From the human T2T-CHM13v2.0 reference genome, Homo sapiens: a stretch of 64,000 nt of DNA. The notes beneath the pieces were generated by a model. The model saw nothing but the letters and a program-made list of their open reading frames with translations. It searched no databases and had not been told where the DNA came from. The stretch is from the NCBI RefSeq assembly GCF_009914755.1, contig NC_060941.1. One strand, written 5' to 3'. Shown here piece by piece: positions 58,490 through 64,000 of the stretch; the first letter of the stretch is position 1; each line of letters opens with the position of its first letter. The position numbers were made by a program, and so were the translations under genes.

Positions 58490-59120
58490 TGTTTATTTTA
58501 TTCAACAAATATTATAGAGAATCAAACAGGTAGTTTTTATTCTAGTGAGAGAAGACAGAATATACTCAAATAAAATGAAGTACGTAATCCATTTCAGATT
58601 ATGATAAACCTGTAAAGGAACCAAAAGGGTGATGTGATTGAGAGTAACTAGTGGGAACTTACCTTATATGTAGGATGGTTGGAAAGACTCTTCTGAGATG
58701 ACATTTGAACTGGGACCTTAAGTTTGAGGAGGAGCTAGCCACCTGAATGAGCCAGGAACAGCGTTCCTGGTAGAGAGTAAAGAAGGACGAAGGCCCAGCT
58801 AGGAAAGACCTGGCAGAGAAGGGCTCCTAAAGAAACTGAAAGGAAACTCATGTTGCTGGGGCCTAGTGAGCAATCTAGAAAGTAAGGAGGCCAAATCAAG
58901 TAGGGCCTTGGGTCATCGTAAGTAGTTGAGACTTTATTTGCAGTGCGTAGGAAATCCTTGGGGAATCTGAAGCAGGAGAGTGACATGTTCTGATTTAAGG
59001 TTTAAAAAGAACACTTGGCTTTTTGAGTTGAGAAAGTATTGAAGTGGGAAGCCCAGTTAGGAGTTTTTCCAGCAAGAGGTAAGGAGGGTGGTAGTTAGAT
59101 GGAGAGGCCTGGGAAGCTTC
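58490..59120 (-). mobile_element. L2 fragment
   Basis: 'ttattcaacaaatatt...ctgagatgacatttgaactgggacct...aagcaggagagtgacatgttctgattta'. Confidence 0.75.
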
Positions 59121-59125
59121 AGAGT

Positions 59126-59126
59126 C

Positions 59127-59159
<33 letters not shown>

Positions 59160-59167
59160 TCGTGTGT
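59126..59167. repeat. (GT)n microsatellite
   Basis: Seen directly. Confidence 0.95.
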
Positions 59168-59802
59168 AAGGAACAGCCAAACAACTTGCTGTTGGAGTGG
59201 GTGCTACTGAGAGCTAAGTACTGCTAGCTGCTGCAGAGGCCGTGTAGAGCAGAACAGAGCTGATATTTGCCTTCACAGGTGTTTGATAGTTCTGTTTGTT
59301 TCTAAGGTGTGTACCAAAATAAAGTAGGCTAAGAGCATTTGACTTTAAGATTTGTGGAGCTCGGGGGTGTTGAGGGGGGTGCAGCAAAAAGCAGAGTCTG
59401 TGAATAACCCTTGATTTATATTGCTTAATAACCTGTAGTCTCTGTTAGTGGGTCAAAGGGGAGGCAGCAGCAGATGATCTTTAAGGTATCTGTCTCTGAG
59501 TTAGAAAAACATAGCTTGAGGAAGTTATGCAGCTTCCCTACAGCCTTAGAGCTAATAGTGGAACCAGACTTTTAGGTGAGCTCATGCACACACCAAGTCT
59601 TAGCACACTGCCTAATATATATTTAGAGCTCAATAAACGGTAACTCTTTTAGTAATATCCACTCAGATATTGTTATATCTATTAACTCAGGCCAAATATC
59701 TACATTAAAATTTTTATCTTAATTTCTTTGTTCTTCTTTTGTGTTAATCAAGGAGGGAATTGGCATGTAGTCATCCATTTTGCTTGTGAAATTTATTTGT
59801 TC

Positions 59803-60443
<641 letters not shown>

Positions 60444-60595
60444 TGAGTGTTGTTCAGTTCAGAGAATTAGTTCAGTGTAGTGCCGACATACCACAGAGTT
60501 CTCAGTTGGATATTGTTACATTGTACTCCTGTCTTGGGACAGCACTTTATGTAGAGGTAAAGTAGCATCATTTTTCTTTCATTTAAGAATTATGT

Positions 60596-60890
60596 ATTTA
60601 TTATTTTTTGAGATAGAGTCTTGTTCTGTTGCTCAGGCTGGAGTGCAGTGGCACGATCTTGTCTCACTGCAACCTCTACCTCCTGAGTTCAAGTGATTCT
60701 CATGCTCAGTCTCCTGAGTAGCTGGGATTACAGACATGTGCCACCACGCCCGGTTAGTTTTTGTATTTTTAGCGTAGAAGGGGTTTCGCCTTTTTGGCCA
60801 GGCTGGTCTCAAACTCCTGGCTTCTAGTGATCCACTTGCCTCGGCCTCCCAAAGTGTTGGGATTACAGGCATAAGCCACTGTGCCTGGCC
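60596..60890 (-). mobile_element. AluS
   Basis: Full dimer. Confidence 0.95.
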
Positions 60891-61642
60891 AGAATTACTT
60901 ATTGAATATGTGTACCCATAGATTTATCAAATAATTGTATCCTTATTAAAATTTTTCTTTCAATATCATACTTTATAAGAGGTAGGATAGGTTAACTAAA
61001 AAGCTTTTTCTTTAGCTTCCATTTGTTTCTCTGTCTTTAAGTAAGATGTCATGATGTCAGAAGAGGCTGCAAATAAAATACCTTGTCAATGGCATTCCCC
61101 CAGATTAGATCTTAACCAAAAGTCTGAGAAGCAGTAGCTTTTTTTCCCCTCAAAGGGAAGAATGCTTTAGTTTATTTTACAGGAGAAAATTTATTCCAGT
61201 ATAGCACCACTCTGGTCTTGTACAAATTACAGAATTCACTTAGATAATTTCTAGTCTTTCCTCTCCTGGATGCTGGACTCTGTAATAAGTTTAGGAGGTC
61301 AGCTTTCTTTAAATTATCCCCAGGTTGGAGGATTTTAGGTGTCGGGATGCCCAGGGTGGTGGTCCTTCTTAGCCTTGTCTTGCCTAACATACTTTTAAAA
61401 TTGGTCTAGAGCTGGACAGCTTTGTGGGAACTGGTGTGACCTAATTTGCTTCAGTTTAATAACTAATATTTTAGCATTTGAATGTCATAGAGGCATTGCC
61501 CTATCACATACTTTTGTATCAGGAGGTTTTATTATTTTGTCAGTTAAAAATTGCATGTTTTGTAGGATCCTTTTTCTGCTTTGGTGAAATGTAGGCTTCA
61601 CCTCTATTGTGACGCTTGGTGGATTCATTCTTGCTCATCTGA

Positions 61643-61990
<348 letters not shown>

Positions 61991-63381
61991 ATTTTTAGGT
62001 TTTTTCCCAAGATGGCTTAGGCCACCTTGAACACCTTTGCATAACACATTTTGGTTATGCAAAGGTTGTGGGCCAAAAGCCAGGAGTTCCTGCTGGGAGG
62101 AAAAATTGCTTGTTTTTTGGCAGGATAGTATTTGAAATTCTGTTGTTGCAAGATTTTCCTGTTGAGTAAATATGTGTGTGTTTATTTAATATGAGAAGAT
62201 TTAAAAAGGAACTTAAATAGATCAATTTCATTTTGCAATATTGTATTACCTGTTTGCAATATGTAAGAGGCTAGTTCTGGGTTTATCTGTATAATTCAGT
62301 TAGAAGTGCTATTGTCTTTTATGACAGTGACATATAATTATTACTATATTATTCTCATCCTAAAACATTATGTGTTGATATTTAAGAGATGAGGAAGTTG
62401 CTTATAAAATCTTGATCAGATTTCTTAAACAATTCATAGAATTTTTTTAGTTCATGAGTCAACCATGTAACTACCCTGAGTTAACGAGCTTTGGTGCTAA
62501 GAACTGAAATTATAATTTGATACTGCCACTTAAGGTGCTCCCTTCCCCTTCAGTCTGAACTTTAGATTCTTTCATTTCAGTGGGTTTCAAATGTAAAGTA
62601 TTCTGCCGAGGTATCTTAGTGAGCCAGGACTGAAGTGAAGGGTGGAGGGAGGGATGGGGAAGGGCAGGGGGAGACTGAAAAGATGAATCCTAGGTCTCCC
62701 ATTCTCACTAGATCAGAATGTTTCTCCATTGTACCTTTTGTACATTTAGCTTTCATTTAAGACTTTCGAGGAAAACCTTCTGGTTAATAAACAAGATCTG
62801 AGCACTGTTGCCCTGTATCTCATGGATAAGTTTTGAGGAAGGTGGTTGTAGTGGTCTCCAGGCTGCAGTTCATGTGAGGAAAGGAAGGGCTTGCTTTGAC
62901 CTGTAAATTTGTATGCCAGTAGGGGCTAATTCCTGAACTTGCTAGTGTTTTTTTTTTTTCCCCCTTCTGTATTGGGCGAATAGTACTTTTAAATAAAACT
63001 GACTTTTTTGTTTTTTTTTTGAGATAATAAAGTTAAACTTCATTAAAGTCATACCACAAAACTAGGGCAACAGGAAGGATTACTGAGATGAGGGAAAAAA
63101 TGGAGAAGTCACTTAACTTGTGACTTTGAGTGACATTGAGTGTAATTGTTGAACTCAGGACTCACCATAGCTGAAAGTTAAACAATGTGCATTAAAAAAT
63201 TGTACCTCATGGGTTTCTAATCATTTAGGCCACTGTTAGAAAAAAATGGGTTAAAATCTTTTTTTTTTTTTTTGCCTCTGCATTCCATTTATAGCTTTAT
63301 TTATTTGGGATGTCTGAGTTGGGAGGAGAGCGCAGAGATAGATCACTTAAAGCATGTTTTAGGACAGCAGATCAGAATTAG

Positions 63382-63719
<338 letters not shown>

Positions 63720-63786
63720 CATATAGTGAAATACTCTTTAGCAATAGAAAGAACCATAGATGCATGAGAATAATTGCCAAGATGTA

Positions 63787-64000
63787 TTTTTTTTTGTGGG
63801 GGGGACGGAGTCTTGCTCTGTCGCCCAGGCTGGAGGTTGGTGATGTGATCTCGGCTCACTGCAAGCTCTGCCTCCTGGGTTCACGCCATTCTCCCCACCT
63901 CAGCCTCCTGAGTAGCTGGGACTACAGGCACCCGCAACCATGCTTGGCTAACTTTTTTGTATTTTTAATAGAGACGGGGTTTCACTGTGTTAGCCAGGAT
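63787..64000 (-). mobile_element. AluY (cut by window end)
   Basis: 'gcaagctctgcctcctgggttcacgccattctc'. Confidence 0.93.

Overview
Eukaryotic, hominoid (human/great-ape) genomic DNA, shown by Alu, L1PA and an SVA element. No intact protein-coding gene, tRNA, rRNA or CRISPR is supportable. The window looks like a mosaic pericentromeric/acrocentric-type segmental duplication. It contains: (1) 1-7.6 kb, ERV1/MER4 LTRs and internal sequence interrupted by a 5'-inverted L1PA and a THE1 LTR; (2) 7.6-9.55 kb, a solitary SST1/NBL2-like monomer carrying FAM27-like ORF remnants, fused to a GC-rich block of unknown origin; (3) two oppositely oriented 18-bp minisatellite arrays at 11.1 and 14.1 kb; (4) AT-rich DNA with a nested L1MA>L1PA3>SVA insertion at 23.5-26.1 kb; (5) a decayed processed pseudogene of FERMT3 (kindlin-3) at 27.3-29.4 kb with an internal inverted templated insertion; (6) a GC-rich block at 32.9-37.7 kb and old L1M; (7) a REP522-like element at 46.15-48.07 kb whose core is a symmetric palindrome with 3+3 CCAAT boxes, two outward-facing TATA boxes and an octamer (candidate bidirectional promoter), followed by ACRO1-like satellite and a MER85; (8) an Alu-dense, strand-biased intron-like block at 52-64 kb. 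Family names come from recalled consensus or protein sequences, not database searches, and boundaries of old repeats are approximate.
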